This document shows, piece after piece, positions 48,162 to 59,729 of a DNA stretch of 64,000 nt. The notes beneath the pieces were generated by a model. The model was not told the DNA's origin, made no database searches, and was given only the letters and a program-made list of their open reading frames with translations. Both the position numbers and the translations under genes were made by a program. Positions within the stretch are counted from its first letter, which is position 1. Every line of letters begins with the position of its first letter. The stretch comes from an uncultured delta proteobacterium (GTDB taxonomy: Bacteria; Desulfobacterota; Syntrophia; Syntrophales; UBA2185). The DNA lies in NCBI GenBank assembly GCA_963695875.1, contig CAVOID010000011.1, forward strand, positions 64,001 through 128,000. The letters are read 5' to 3'.

Positions 48162-48289
48162 GTTTATAACATTCATTAATCCATAAGAACACAAGGTGTA
48201 GCCGAGCAGTCATCCGGAACTTAATTCAGCAATATACATCGAGCAAAGTTTTAATCATCGCAGTTTATTCGTTCCAATACTTGAAATTT

Positions 48290-48398
48290 TATATTAACTC
48301 AGTTAATCAGAATCGTTGTCGCTTTGACAGATGTGTGGAGATGAGGAAGAAAAAAATCCTTGAGCTGCATATAATGTAGCCGTCGAAGATTATCATTG
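48290..48398 (+). pseudogene. HigB-like toxin remnant
   Basis: Frame ends AYNVAVEDYH* (DYH* C-terminus typical of HigB) immediately upstream of higA; no intact start; 5' limit approximate. Confidence 0.5.
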
Positions 48399-48410
48399 AA
48401 AAGGATTATT

Positions 48411-48728
48411 ATGAGAACACGAAAAAGACCGCCATCTCATCCGGGATCGATTCTCAAGCTTCATTACTTGGACCCGTCAGGAATCAGCGTTACAGATCTT
48501 GCGAAGGATCTGAGATTGTCGAGAAAAACAGTATCCAAAATATTGAACGAACGTGGCGCTGTGACAACGGATGTTGCCTTGCGGTTGTCCAGAGCGTTTG
48601 ATACTACTCCTGAATTATGGTTGAACCTTCAGAGAAATTACGATCTCTGGCATACGGCGAATGAAACGACTGATTGGCAGGCAATAAGACCTATACTTGA
48701 AAATTGCACATGTAAGCGCATAAGGTGA
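48411..48728 (+). CDS. higA: HigA family addiction-module antitoxin
   Basis: PSHPGSIL, HTH, ALRLSRAFDTTPELWLNLQRNYDLW. Confidence 0.88.
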   Translation: MRTRKRPPSHPGSILKLHYLDPSGISVTDLAKDLRLSRKTVSKILNERGAVTTDVALRLSRAFDTTPELWLNLQRNYDLWHTANETTDWQAIRPILENCTCKRIR

Positions 48729-48857
48729 GATTTAACCGCCGCGCGACCCATTGAAGCGGAGAGCTAATAAGACTGATTAAAAAGATGTATAAATTTTTTA
48801 CTAAATAGAGATGATCAAGCATATCAACCCGGATTGACAATTACGCCTTATCTCATT

Positions 48858-49551
48858 ATGAAAAAATTACTCTGTTTTGCCCATCGCGGCGCGTCAGGTC
48901 ATGAACCGGAAAATACATTACTTGCAGTAGAAAAAGCCATCGTCCTGGGCGCTGACTGGATCGAAGTGGATGTGTATGCCGTGGAAGGTGAGTTGATCGT
49001 CATCCACGATGAAAGGCTCGAACGCACGACAAACGGCACCGGCTGCGTGATGGATAAGACATTGGCATACCTTCGATCCCTTGATGCGGGCAAAGGCCAG
49101 CGCATTCCCACCCTCCGCGAAGTATTCGATTGTGTTGATCGCAGAGTCGGAATAAATGTTGAGCTGAAAGGCCCTGATACAGCCGGTTTGGCAGTTTCTC
49201 TAATTGATGAGTATGTAAGTCATAAGGGCTGGAATTACGATACAGTTTATTTTATCCTCGTTCAGTCACCGCGAGTTAATAAAGGTTAAGAAACTCGATC
49301 CTTACATAAAGATCGGTATTATTATAGGCGGTCGCCACCGACGATATAAAAAATTGACCCGGCAATTGGCCACCTATTCTGTACACCCCCACATTGATCT
49401 CGTGACTGCAGAATTCATAACAGACGCACATCAGCGTGGTCTCAAAGTGTTTGTCTATACAGTAAATCACCCTGACGATATCGCACGATTGGAAGCAATG
49501 GGAGTTGACGGGATATTCACAGACTTTCCCGAACTTGTCACCAAGAGATGA
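48858..49551 (+). CDS. Glycerophosphodiester phosphodiesterase (frameshift near 49250)
   Basis: AHRGASGHEPENTL, IEVDV, HDERL, NVELK, YTVN, GIFTDFP. Confidence 0.9.
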
Positions 49552-49573
49552 TATCTCTGCAAAGGATTCGTAT

Positions 49574-49683
49574 TGCCATTTCGAGCCCTCGCATTCGCTG
49601 AGGGGAGACTCATCGTATGGATGAATCTTGATAAATATTTCTCCCGGAGTTTACCCTGAGTAAACCGAAGGGTCGATATGACA
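49574..49683. repeat. Imperfect inverted repeat, REP/MITE-like
   Basis: tgccatttcgagccctcg...gagactc vs reverse complement of gagtttaccctgagtaaaccgaagggtcgatatgaca. Confidence 0.45.
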
Positions 49684-49799
49684 TGGTGGGTCGAGATTAT
49701 CTTTGGAACAAAAAAAACCGCCGCAGCCATATAACCTCGAAGGAAGAAGAGATTTCTATGACTGCGACGGGGGGGTGTCAAAAAGCGAAGCGGTTACTA

Positions 49800-50606
49800 C
49801 TACTTCTTACCGAACAGCTTCGGCGTATTTATATCAAGCTGGATGGTCCATTTCCATGCACCGTTGAGGTTTGAGTCATTAAACCATACTGGCCCGGTCA
49901 GAAGGGATATGTCTTTGGTGAAATAGTAATAAAGACCAACGCCTCCTCCTCCGATAGCATTATTGCCGGAAGCATAGTCAGCCGCAAGGACAAGCCTGTT
50001 AAACTCATTGCCTTCCTTGTCCTTCACCGACCAAAATCCACGATCGAATGCGACCATAAAGCCAACATTTTGATTATCTCCGGTAAGGCTGTTTTTCAGC
50101 ACTGAACTGTTCCCTATGTATGGTCCTGCGGAAAGCCTGCATCCGATAATGGGTATAGTCTTACCGATCACCCCATACACAATATTCTGGTTGGTGCCAT
50201 TACTTTGGCCTTCATCATTTGCCTTGGTCCCGACATTGAAGATTCCCACTTGTAGAGCTGGCGCACCCTTAAATAGAGCATCTTCCGGAGCACCGATCTT
50301 GGCATTAAAAAACCATGGAAAATCGGAAGGCTGCAAATAGTCTGCCCCTATCTCCATTTGAATTTTTTCAAAGGGAAGCACTCCAATGGTAAGCCCGGCG
50401 TCCGTCGGGAAGGAATGGGGGTTGCTTCCTTCGTCGGTATTTTTGTTAACAGTGAAGTAGTTGTCCACGCCTATATGAAGAACACCGAAAGGCTGGATGT
50501 CCGGGGTCATTGGTGTCCAGAAGGTCGTTGAAGGGGTCGTATGTCCAATACCGGACAACAGAAACAATAATAAAAAACTCATTACCACCATTTTTGCAAA
50601 TTTCAT
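49800..50606 (-). CDS. Hypothetical exported, probably outer-membrane beta-barrel protein
   Basis: Signal peptide; alternating hydrophobic beta-strands rich in aromatics and Gly. Confidence 0.6.
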   Translation of the reverse strand: MKFAKMVVMSFLLLFLLSGIGHTTPSTTFWTPMTPDIQPFGVLHIGVDNYFTVNKNTDEGSNPHSFPTDAGLTIGVLPFEKIQMEIGADYLQPSDFPWFFNAKIGAPEDALFKGAPALQVGIFNVGTKANDEGQSNGTNQNIVYGVIGKTIPIIGCRLSAGPYIGNSSVLKNSLTGDNQNVGFMVAFDRGFWSVKDKEGNEFNRLVLAADYASGNNAIGGGGVGLYYYFTKDISLLTGPVWFNDSNLNGAWKWTIQLDINTPKLFGKK

Positions 50607-50683
50607 TATTAGCTCCTTTCTAGATATAAAATATTTCCATCGTAAAACAGTGCCAGATAATTCTCACTTCTAATATGTAGTTA

Positions 50684-50699
50684 ATCAAAAGACATGCCA
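50684..50699 (-). promoter_or_regulatory. Candidate sigma-54 (-24/-12) promoter
   Basis: TGGCAT-GTCTT-TTGAT vs TGGCAC-N5-TTGCW, ~80 bp upstream of 50606. Confidence 0.35.
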
Positions 50700-50990
50700 T
50701 AAAGGATGATCACTGATATTTAAAATAACTATCAGATAATATTATGCTTTTTTCTTTTGTTATATTGGATGAAAAATTAGAATAAAGTACATAAATGTCT
50801 ATTACCACACTGAAGACAACGAAATTGTGTTACATTTGTGTTACACTTATTAAATGATTTATTTTTTTTGCTTGAAAATTAATTCATGAATTCCTATATG
50901 TGATATTCACCTTTCTTCATGTAGGTTCGGCGAGGTATTAAAAATAGTTCAAATAGTTGCAATAAGAAATATTACGCAGAGGAAAGACCT

Positions 50991-51611
50991 ATGGCAAAGC
51001 AAGGCAAGACTGTCCATCTACAAAAAGGAGACGCCCTGTCGGTAACGGATATGCAGAATGATTTTTTGCCGGGAGGGGCTCTTGGCGTTCCTGATGGGGA
51101 CAAGATTATTCCTTATGTGAATCGTGCTGTAGCGTTATTTAAAAAAAACAGCCTCCCGATTTTTTTCACCCGGGACTGGCATCCGCCCGATCATTGCTCC
51201 TTTAAAGACCAGGGAGGGCCATGGCCTCCCCATTGCGTTCAAAATACAGCAGGCGCCGATTTTTCCTCCGAACTGAATATTCCGAAAGGATCCACCATCA
51301 TATCGAAAGGCTCGGAGAAGGATAGTGAGCAATACTCAACATTGGGGGGACGGGATGCAGATGGCAATACGGAGAACGGTCTAATGAAAAAATTAGGGAT
51401 CAGGAGGATATTTATCGCCGGTCTTGCTACCGATTATTGTGTGCTGAATTCCGTAAAGGATGCACTGGCCGAAGGCTACGAAGTTTATGTTCTAACCGAT
51501 GCGGTCCGCGCCGTGGATGTAAACCCGGGTGACGGGGAAAGAGCACTGGAAGAAATGATTCGGGCGGGAGCGAAAACTATAACGTCTGAAGAGCTTCGAG
51601 AAAGAAAATGA
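50991..51611 (+). CDS. pncA: Nicotinamidase
   Basis: DMQNDFLPGG, DWHP, WPPHCVQ, GLATDYCV. Confidence 0.9.
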   Translation: MAKQGKTVHLQKGDALSVTDMQNDFLPGGALGVPDGDKIIPYVNRAVALFKKNSLPIFFTRDWHPPDHCSFKDQGGPWPPHCVQNTAGADFSSELNIPKGSTIISKGSEKDSEQYSTLGGRDADGNTENGLMKKLGIRRIFIAGLATDYCVLNSVKDALAEGYEVYVLTDAVRAVDVNPGDGERALEEMIRAGAKTITSEELRERK

Positions 51612-52946
51612 ACCTATTAACCAGCCCGCTTTTGACCGATCTTTACCAGTTGACCATGATGCAGGGGTATGTGGACAGGGGTATGCACGAAGAGGCGGTC
51701 TTTGAGTTTTATGTCCGCAGCCTGCCAAAAGCCCGCGGTTTCCTCGTATCGGCCGGTCTTGAAACGCTGCTTACATATCTGGAAGGTTTGCGATTCTCTG
51801 AAGAGGAACTAAAATACATTGCAGGTACGGGCAGGTTTTCGAAAGCCCTCTTGGATTACCTGGCAAAATTCCGCTTCCGCGGTGATGTTTACGCCATGCC
51901 GGAGGGGACGGTCTTTTTTTGAAAATGAACCTGTGGTGCGCGTTGTCGCCTCCATGCCGGAGGCGCAACTCATCGAGACCCGCCTGATTAACATCCTGCA
52001 TTTCGAGATCCTTATTGCAAGCAAAGCGGCCCGTTGCATCTTAGCAGCGGACGACAGGGCCATTCTGGTTGATTTCGGACTGCGACGGGCGCATGGTGCT
52101 GAAGCAGGCCTCCTGGCGGCCCGTGCCTCATACATTGCCGGATTTGCAGGGACGTCAACCGTATTGGCAGAATCCCTCTTTGGGATACCGATATCCGGAA
52201 CGATGGCCCATTCCTATGTTGAGGCTCATGAAAATGAATTGGAGGCGTTTCTAAGTTTCGGCGAGTCAAATCCTAATAATACAACCCTTCTTATTGATAC
52301 GTACGATGTCCACAAAGGTGCAGAAAAAGCAGTTGAGGCGGCAAAAAAACTAAAGGAAAGAGGAATAAATGTTCGCGCTGTGCGCCTCGATAGCGGTGAT
52401 TTGCTTGCCCTGTCAAAGGATGTCCGCCAGATCCTTGACCGCGGTGGTTTGACAGACGTCCGTATCTTCGCCAGCGGCAATCTTGATGAATACCTCATCT
52501 ACGATCTAATGTCCCAGGGAGCGCCGATTAACGGCTTTGGCGTAGGCACGAAGCTCGACACCTCCGAAGACGCGCCATACCTTGAATGTGCCTACAAACT
52601 AATGGAGTATGCGGGCACGCCCAGATTCAAAAAATCACAGGGAAAAGCCACCATCCCGGGACGCAAACAGGTCTTTCGCGAGTTCAAAGATAAAATGATG
52701 ATCAGGGATATTTTGACTACTGAAGGAGATGAGGCAGAGGGTGTCCCTCTTATTGAGAAGGTAATGAGCGGCGGCCGGAGGATATCCTGGCCTAAGGGTT
52801 TAAAAGAGATTGCAATGTATACCCGATCACAATTGAAATCTTTGCCTTCGCATTTCAAGGCCCTGGAAACAAAACCCGCGTATCCCGTTAAAATCTCTCC
52901 CGCGTTATCCAGACTCAAAAAAGAAATCGAGCGGCAGGAACGTTAA
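51608..52946 (+). CDS. pncB: Nicotinate phosphoribosyltransferase (frameshift in T-run near 51915)
   Basis: LLTDLYQLTM, DFGLRRAHG, GTMAHS, LIDTYD, RLDSGD. Confidence 0.92.
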
Positions 52947-52964
52947 TAAAATTTCCTTCCCGGT

Positions 52965-54570
52965 CTATTTCTTTAAGTGACGCTGCAATGCCGCGTTAAT
53001 AAATTTACTGAACAGCGGATGGGGGTCAGTCGGCCGTGATTTAAATTCGGGATGAAACTGGCATCCCAGAAACCACGGGTGGTCTTTGATCTCCACAATC
53101 TCAACCAGACGGCCGATCGGGAGATGTTCCTGTAATATGGAGCCCCTTTTCCACAAGGATATCCCTGAATTTGTTGTTTACTTCATAGCGATGTCTGTGT
53201 CTTTCACTGATTTCACTGATACCGTAAGCATCAAAGGCGAATGATTCATTCTCTAAAAGGCAGCTATAGGCCCCCAGTCTCATGGACGCGCCCATTTCCG
53301 TAATACTCCTCTGCTCGGGCAGAAAATCGATCACCGGATACGGTGTCTCCTGGTCAAATTCGGAACTGTTTGCTTTTTCAAGGTTGCACACATGCCGGGC
53401 AAATTCCACAACGGCAAGCTGCATCCCCAGACAAATGCCGAAATACGGGATGCGATGCTCACGGGCATATTGAATAGCGGTAATCATCCCCTCGATGCCC
53501 CTCTCTCCGAATCCGCCGGGTACAAGGATGCCGTCGGCACCGTCCAGATGGTGGTCGAGTCCTTCCTTTTCAATCTTTTCCGAATCGACGAAACGCAGGT
53601 TTACCCGGCAGTTGTTGGCGATGCCCCCATGCACCAAAGCCTCATTCAGGCTCTTGTAGGAATCAGTCAGGTTTACATACTTGCCCACTATGGCGATGCG
53701 CACTTCATTGGTGGGATGCTTAATCTTACTTACCACTTCCTCCCATGCCTCGAAGTGGGGCCGGCCTGTCCATATGTTTAAGAGTTCTACAATCTTTTCA
53801 TCCACTCCCTCTTTATGAAAAACGAGGGGCACTTCGTAGATGCAGCTTACATCCTTTGCCGTAAATACGGCAGCGACTTCTACATTGCAGAAAAGAGCAA
53901 TTTTAGCCTTGATATCTTCCGAGAGAAAATCTTCCGTGCGGCACAACAGGATATCCGGCTGAATACCGATTTCGCGCAGGGCCTTGACACTGTGCTGGGT
54001 CGGTTTTGTTTTAACTTCCCCGGCAGTCTTAATGTAAGGGACCCAAGTCAGGTGGATGAATATGGCGTTTTCCTTTCCTGCTTCATTGCGAAATTGTCTG
54101 ATCGCTTCCAGGAAGGGCAGGCTCTCAATATCCCCGACAGTTCCACCGACTTCAATGATAGCAACATCGAAGCCGCTGGCACAGCTCTTGATAAAATCTT
54201 TGATTTCATCGGTAACATGAGGGATAACCTGCACCGTCTTTCCCAGATAGTCACCCCTCCTTTCTTTTGTAATCACTGAAAAATATACCTGACCTGATGT
54301 TAGGTTGTTGCATTTCCCCATCCGGGTAGAGGTAAACCGTTCATAGTGCCCCAAATCCAGATCTGTTTCCGCACCGTCATCGGTCACAAAGACCTCGCCG
54401 TGCTGAAAGGGGCTTAGTGTTCCCGGATCGACATTAATGTATGGATCCAGCTTTTGATTGGTAACCCTGAGACCCCGGCATTCAAGAAGGGCTGCCATTG
54501 AGGCTGCCGCCAGTCCTTTACCGAGGGAAGAAAGAACACCACCGGTTACAAAAATAAATTTTGTCTTCAT
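52965..54570 (-). CDS. pyrG: CTP synthase (3' frameshift)
   Basis: [35 protein letters not shown]. Confidence 0.96.
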
Positions 54571-54633
54571 TGCTACTCCTTATTGTCCCCCTCTGGAGGG
54601 GGTGCAGGGGGAGGTTCTATACTTTTCCTTACT

Positions 54634-57600
54634 TTACGTACGAGAGTTGCTTCTGCCCTCTTCTACAGATTTTCTTATCTGACCGGCAATTACCTCTGCC
54701 GGTTCACCTAAAAGAACTCCGGTAGAAATGGTTTCCAGATAAAGGTCATCCCATGGGAGATTGTATTCGTTTATGATATTGCGGATGTCGTTATACTGGT
54801 AGCCCAAGACCTCTTTCTTTTCCTTCACAGAAAGTGCATCGTTAAATTCTATATGGATCAGAAGCAGGTTCTGTACGCCTCCCCTGTCTCCAAGAAGGGG
54901 AATAATGATTATGGAAGCGCTGTCAGATTTTCCCCGGCCTACGTAAATATGGCCGGTACTTACAATTGTCCTTTTGGTTCCCATCAAAAAATTCGAGCTT
55001 TCAGCCCTTGATTTCATCTTAAGGGAAATGCCCCCACGTTTCCCGATCTTAATTGTTGAGGTATCCACAGGATTTCCTTCAACGTCCAGGTTATTTATAT
55101 CATAGAGTGTATAACCGCTTATGGTGGCAATGGCCGGTTGAATCCTCGTTATAGTCAATACATTTTTGGTGACAAGGGATTTCATGGAAAATTCCAGTTC
55201 CCGCAAGAGGTTGAAGATAATACCCCGGATAGGCTGATCCTTTCTGCTCGTTCCGACTGTCACTGTTTTGGCCTGATGTCTGATAGCATCAATCGGTCTG
55301 GAAAGTTCATCTATGGAATGGCCGATAGAAATGTCAAGGAGCTCTATCGGAGAGGAAAGGCCCTCTTCTCTCTTGAAATCGCGCCAGTAGTCTTCGAGCG
55401 GCAGCTTCCCGGCGGCATACTTAAGAAGAAGAACTATATCGGATATCGTATTCACACTGGTGAACGAGAAGGCTCCATCACCCCTTTTTTGATTGAACTC
55501 GGTCGAAAAGTCCCTGACTATTCTCCGGTAATTTCTGTCAGCAATTCTTTCGTAAATGGAATAGCTCTTCTTTTCATGCTCCGACATTATCTGATTAAGC
55601 TGGCTTCTGAATTCCCTCAGAAACACGGCATCTTCGTTAATACTGCAGGCAGCATAATAACCCCATAGATGCCCGGCCAGGGTATTGAGGATTACCGGCA
55701 GGGGCATTGGTGCTCTGGGTATCTCAATCACCGCATCGGCAACGCTGTTGAACCGATCATCTCCCTCATCGGCAAAAACGACGACCCCTGCCCTGTGGGC
55801 CTTGAAGATTGCCACATCTTTTACAATGTCACCTGTTACGGTTTCCGGACTACCGGCAGCACAGACTATGATGAGGGGTTCAGCAGACAGGTCAATGTGC
55901 TTCTTGTTTTCTATAAAATCCGATGATATCGTCTTATAACAGAGCTCGCTCAACTTGATCCTGATTTCATCGGCTGCCGCCTTGTTAGGCCCGCTTCCTA
56001 CGACAGCCCAGTACTTCCTCTGCTTTGCCAGCCGCTCGACGGATTGGCTGATCTGCCCTCTTTTCTCAATGACCCTGTTCATCATGTTAGGCGCCTGTTC
56101 CAGGTTGAGAAGTTCATCGGCGATAACATCATCGGAGACATTCTGAAGAAGCTGGGCCAAGCACAATGCCAGGACGTGACCGGCTACGACCTGGGAGTAG
56201 AAAGCCTTGGTTGAAGCCACAGACATCTCAATGTCCCTGCCGTCACTCGTGTAAAAAACACCGTTTGCCTTGCTGGTTATGTCGGACTGCCTCCTGTTGA
56301 CAATGGCGATGACCGTCGCGCCCCTTTCCGCGGCCATTGCTACGGCACGATTGGTGTCCGTCGTTGTACCAGACTGTGTTATGGGGATTACCAGGGTATC
56401 TTTCAGGTCATCCTCCAGAAAAAATCCGCTCAGCTCGGATGCAACTTTGGCTTCAATTATGATGTGCGTTCCTTTAAGATATCTTGTGAGGCCGTCGGTA
56501 ACCGCCTCACCCGCAATAGCAGCGGTGCCGTGACCTATGACGATTATCTTCCTGATGTCACCGTGGGTGAGGGCATGTCTGAATTTTTCCGGTATAATGT
56601 CCTCGCCAAGATTGAATATAACTGAATATCTCCCATTTTCTTTTTTTAAGATTCTGTACTTGCCGCGTAATGTCTTTTTTACTGAAAGTGTCGATTCGGA
56701 GATTTCTTTCAGGAAATAGTGCGGATTCTCACCCCGATCGATATCACGGGTGGTGATTTCCGCTTTCTTTACGGAATCAGCTCCCATACTCAACGCCGAT
56801 CCGTCATAGAAAAGGGCTTTAATCCCCGAAACACCCCCTTGCGAGTCTTGGTCAAGGATGAAGATCTGGCCTGACGTTTCAGGGGCATCAGGCGTGGCTG
56901 GTCTTTTCACCGTCCATTTTAAGAAAAAACGGGGTCCCTTCTACAAGACCGTAGAGTTCTGATGAAAATATATACTGGTCAGGGGCAATGCCTACATAAA
57001 TAGATTGGCCGCTCCCCTTGAGGGCAAGAAATATTTTCCCGGGCTCCGTATTACTGACCATGGCAATGGCATGGGAGCCTTCAAAGTCATTCACGGCCAA
57101 TCTGAACGCCTCCGCCAGATCATGCCCCTCTAACAGATGCTTTTCGATTTGCAGGGGAATGATCTTCGTATCCGTCGTAATATGCGAAGCAATAAGGTCT
57201 CCCCCTTTCTCAAGGTCATTTCGAAGGGATTGATAATTATCGATGTCCCCATTAAGAACAACGCTGATGACCCAGTTTCCCTCGCCGTAAAAGGGGTAGG
57301 GTTTTTTGATTTCGGGCCACGTCGCGCCCTGAGGGGCGATATTTCTGCCAAGGGTAAAATTATTGACCGGATGGCAGTTATCGTCAGTAATGGAACCTAC
57401 CGATGCCCATCTTGTATGGGATATGAATGTCTCAAAATCCGTCTTCTTGTCCGGCAAATTCGTAGAATATACGATCCTGGGATATAAATTTCCTCAGGTC
57501 CCGGACATTTTGACCCAGTTCACCGATGATGGAAGATGTCTTATATACAAAAGACAGAGCAGTTCCTTTGCCCTGCGAATTGTTCGATAGTCGGGTTTCA

Positions 57601-58433
57601 GAGGAAATACAGATAGAACCGTTCTGCAAATCACAGGCCTTGATTCTCTTTGAAAAATCTTCGTACAGGCCTTTCTCTTTGAGTACCTTCAAAATCTCCT
57701 CAAGGGCAGCGCCGTTACGGAATGTTAAATGATATCTGGATGCCGGCTGAATCCCGTCCCCTGACCTCCAGCCTGTCGATACAATTCAGGAGAAAATTGA
57801 TCTTCTTATATTTCTTAAATAGCTCCGGGGATATTTCATCGACTCCACCTGCACCCGTCAACCTTACAATTCTGCCGACATTATCGAGAATGTCTTTTTC
57901 AAGACCCCATATAATATCCTTCATCAGGATATGCCTGCTGTTTATCGTTTCCATGTCGCCTGTTGAAAAGTTGCCGGCGTTTTCTTCAAGGCACTTTTCC
58001 TCTTCACCAAAAAATGCCTTCATTTCTTCAGCAAAGTCTGAAAGTTGCAGGGTCTTGTGGGGATTGAAAAAAATGTCCTGGAAGACAATATCTGTCTTTA
58101 ACTTAAGAATTGCTTCTTCCATCTCCACCAAATACTCATCACCGCCCAGACTCTGAGCCGGTGTGATGGCGCCGGAAAGCAGCGCCTTCATTCCATTGTT
58201 CCTGATTTCCCTGAAGAGCCGGATAAGCTTTTCAATAAGATCACGCCCCTCATTCTTTTCACTCCCCTTTATGGTCAGGATACCGGCAAACCCGCAGCAA
58301 ACTGACATCAGGAATCAAGGGGAAGAAAACAATCGAGTACGGTGACGCTTTATGTACATCGATCCCAATATATATCTTCCATTTCTTTAAATAACTAATT
58401 GGTCTTAAGTACCATCTGTTTAAACATACTCAT
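54634..58433 (-). CDS. Large atypical GlmS-like protein (class II glutamine amidotransferase + SIS domains), several frameshifts
   Basis: CCGFAGI, LEVRGRDSAG, SHTRWASVG, LNGDIDNY, ITQSGTTTDT, SVASTKAFY; ends AKTVTVG plus extra C-terminal domain; start approximate. Confidence 0.8.
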
Positions 58434-58460
58434 ATACGGTTTATAGTTCCTTTCAATTCC

Positions 58461-59729
58461 TTATGCCGCCGTTATCTGAAAGATGGCATATGGTCTAATG
58501 CTGCATTGGTGACATGATCCACAATATTTTGCAGCCAGGCCGTCCCCAGGACTGATGCATCTTTGTCCAAGGCCCTGTATGACTTTTATGTAATCGTTAT
58601 TATCCTTGATTCTGTCATGAATTATCCTGACAAATTCATCCCGGTTTTTCAGATCAACGGTCTTTTCCATGCCTTCGGTAAAAGTTGCCTCAAGCTTTGG
58701 CCAATTTTCTCTGAATTCCTTCTTTTGCCTGAAAAGACTTTCCTTTCCTTCTTTCCTCAAAACATTAACACCCAGTTCAATGGACATTTCCATTTTTTCA
58801 GAGAGGATTTTGAATCTTTTCAATCTCTCCTCAATGGCAATTTCCAGCTTATCCATTGCCCCGGCATACAGTTCGGAACCCATATCCTGGATCTGGAAAA
58901 ATGCTCGTCGGACATGGAAGTACCACTGTCTGAGGGCTAAGAGGTTGGCAAGGTAGCAGATGTTGTTATAGACCCGGTGCTTAATGTTTCCGTAAGAGCC
59001 TGCATGAAAGAAGTTTTCACTCGCGGTAGCTTCTTTTTCGGCAACAAGCCTCCCCATTTCAGTACAGTCCCTCCGGCAAACTGTTCCCGCAGCAATGACG
59101 GTACCATAGCCGATTCTGACAGGGCCAACCATGCCTCCCTGACCTCCCAGAAAAATAGGCGGTTGGTTAAGCATGACTCCTCTGGGGACATCGCCGATAA
59201 GAGAAGGTGTGGCTTTATCCTGATGCGGTGTATAATTGAAATGTATATATGAACTGCCCACTTCGCTGTGATTTTTCCGGCTTGTTCCGCCTGCCATTAA
59301 ACAGTCACAAAAGTTAATGAGGCTGCCGAGCGTCACAAATGGGAAAAGGATGGTTTGCTTTAGTCCGACTGTATGATTTGCATTCGCCTCTTCTTCTAAT
59401 ATGCATCCTTCCCTGACCTGCGCACCACTTGCCACATTCGCCTTTTCAAGAAAGACCGATGATTTGAAAAATCCCCCTTTCAGTTCCACATGTGGTCCAA
59501 TCTGGCAATCAACGATGGTGGCCGGCGCTTCATATCCCAGGTTTGTCCCCTGAGAAATCAAGGTTTTTGCCCCATAAATCCTGGTTCCGGGATAAAGTTT
59601 TACACCGGCACTGGAAATTCTGTCGAGGTTTATTTCATCTCCGATGTCTATAGAAAAAGGGTTGGGAATATTGACCCCCTTTTCCATCAGTTCAAGCACT
59701 TTATCTGACAAATTATTTCTTGTTTTCAC
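58461..59729 (-). CDS. GlmU-related left-handed beta-helix protein (UDP-GlcNAc pyrophosphorylase-like)
   Basis: KGVNIPNP, hexapeptide-like segments, TLGSLINFCDC; adjacent to the GlmS-like gene. Confidence 0.65.
   Translation of the reverse strand: MKTRNNLSDKVLELMEKGVNIPNPFSIDIGDEINLDRISSAGVKLYPGTRIYGAKTLISQGTNLGYEAPATIVDCQIGPHVELKGGFFKSSVFLEKANVASGAQVREGCILEEEANANHTVGLKQTILFPFVTLGSLINFCDCLMAGGTSRKNHSEVGSSYIHFNYTPHQDKATPSLIGDVPRGVMLNQPPIFLGGQGGMVGPVRIGYGTVIAAGTVCRRDCTEMGRLVAEKEATASENFFHAGSYGNIKHRVYNNICYLANLLALRQWYFHVRRAFFQIQDMGSELYAGAMDKLEIAIEERLKRFKILSEKMEMSIELGVNVLRKEGKESLFRQKKEFRENWPKLEATFTEGMEKTVDLKNRDEFVRIIHDRIKDNNDYIKVIQGLGQRCISPGDGLAAKYCGSCHQCSIRPYAIFQITAA

Larger units (their letters stand above)
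46960..48195 (-). mobile_element. IS110-family (IS621-like) insertion sequence with CT core at both ends
   Basis: Minus strand: flank GCTACAC-CT-TGTGT (left end) ... ACGGTAT-CT-ACAAG flank; long 5' non-coding end, very short 3' end. Confidence 0.9.

Noticed and set aside
50824..50845. TTGTGTTACA tandem repeat upstream of pncA
   Set aside because: Only two short copies in AT-rich DNA; cannot assign a regulator
51910..51925. Programmed frameshifting at T-runs (pncB, IS110 transposase)
   Set aside because: Indistinguishable from the homopolymer errors seen throughout the window
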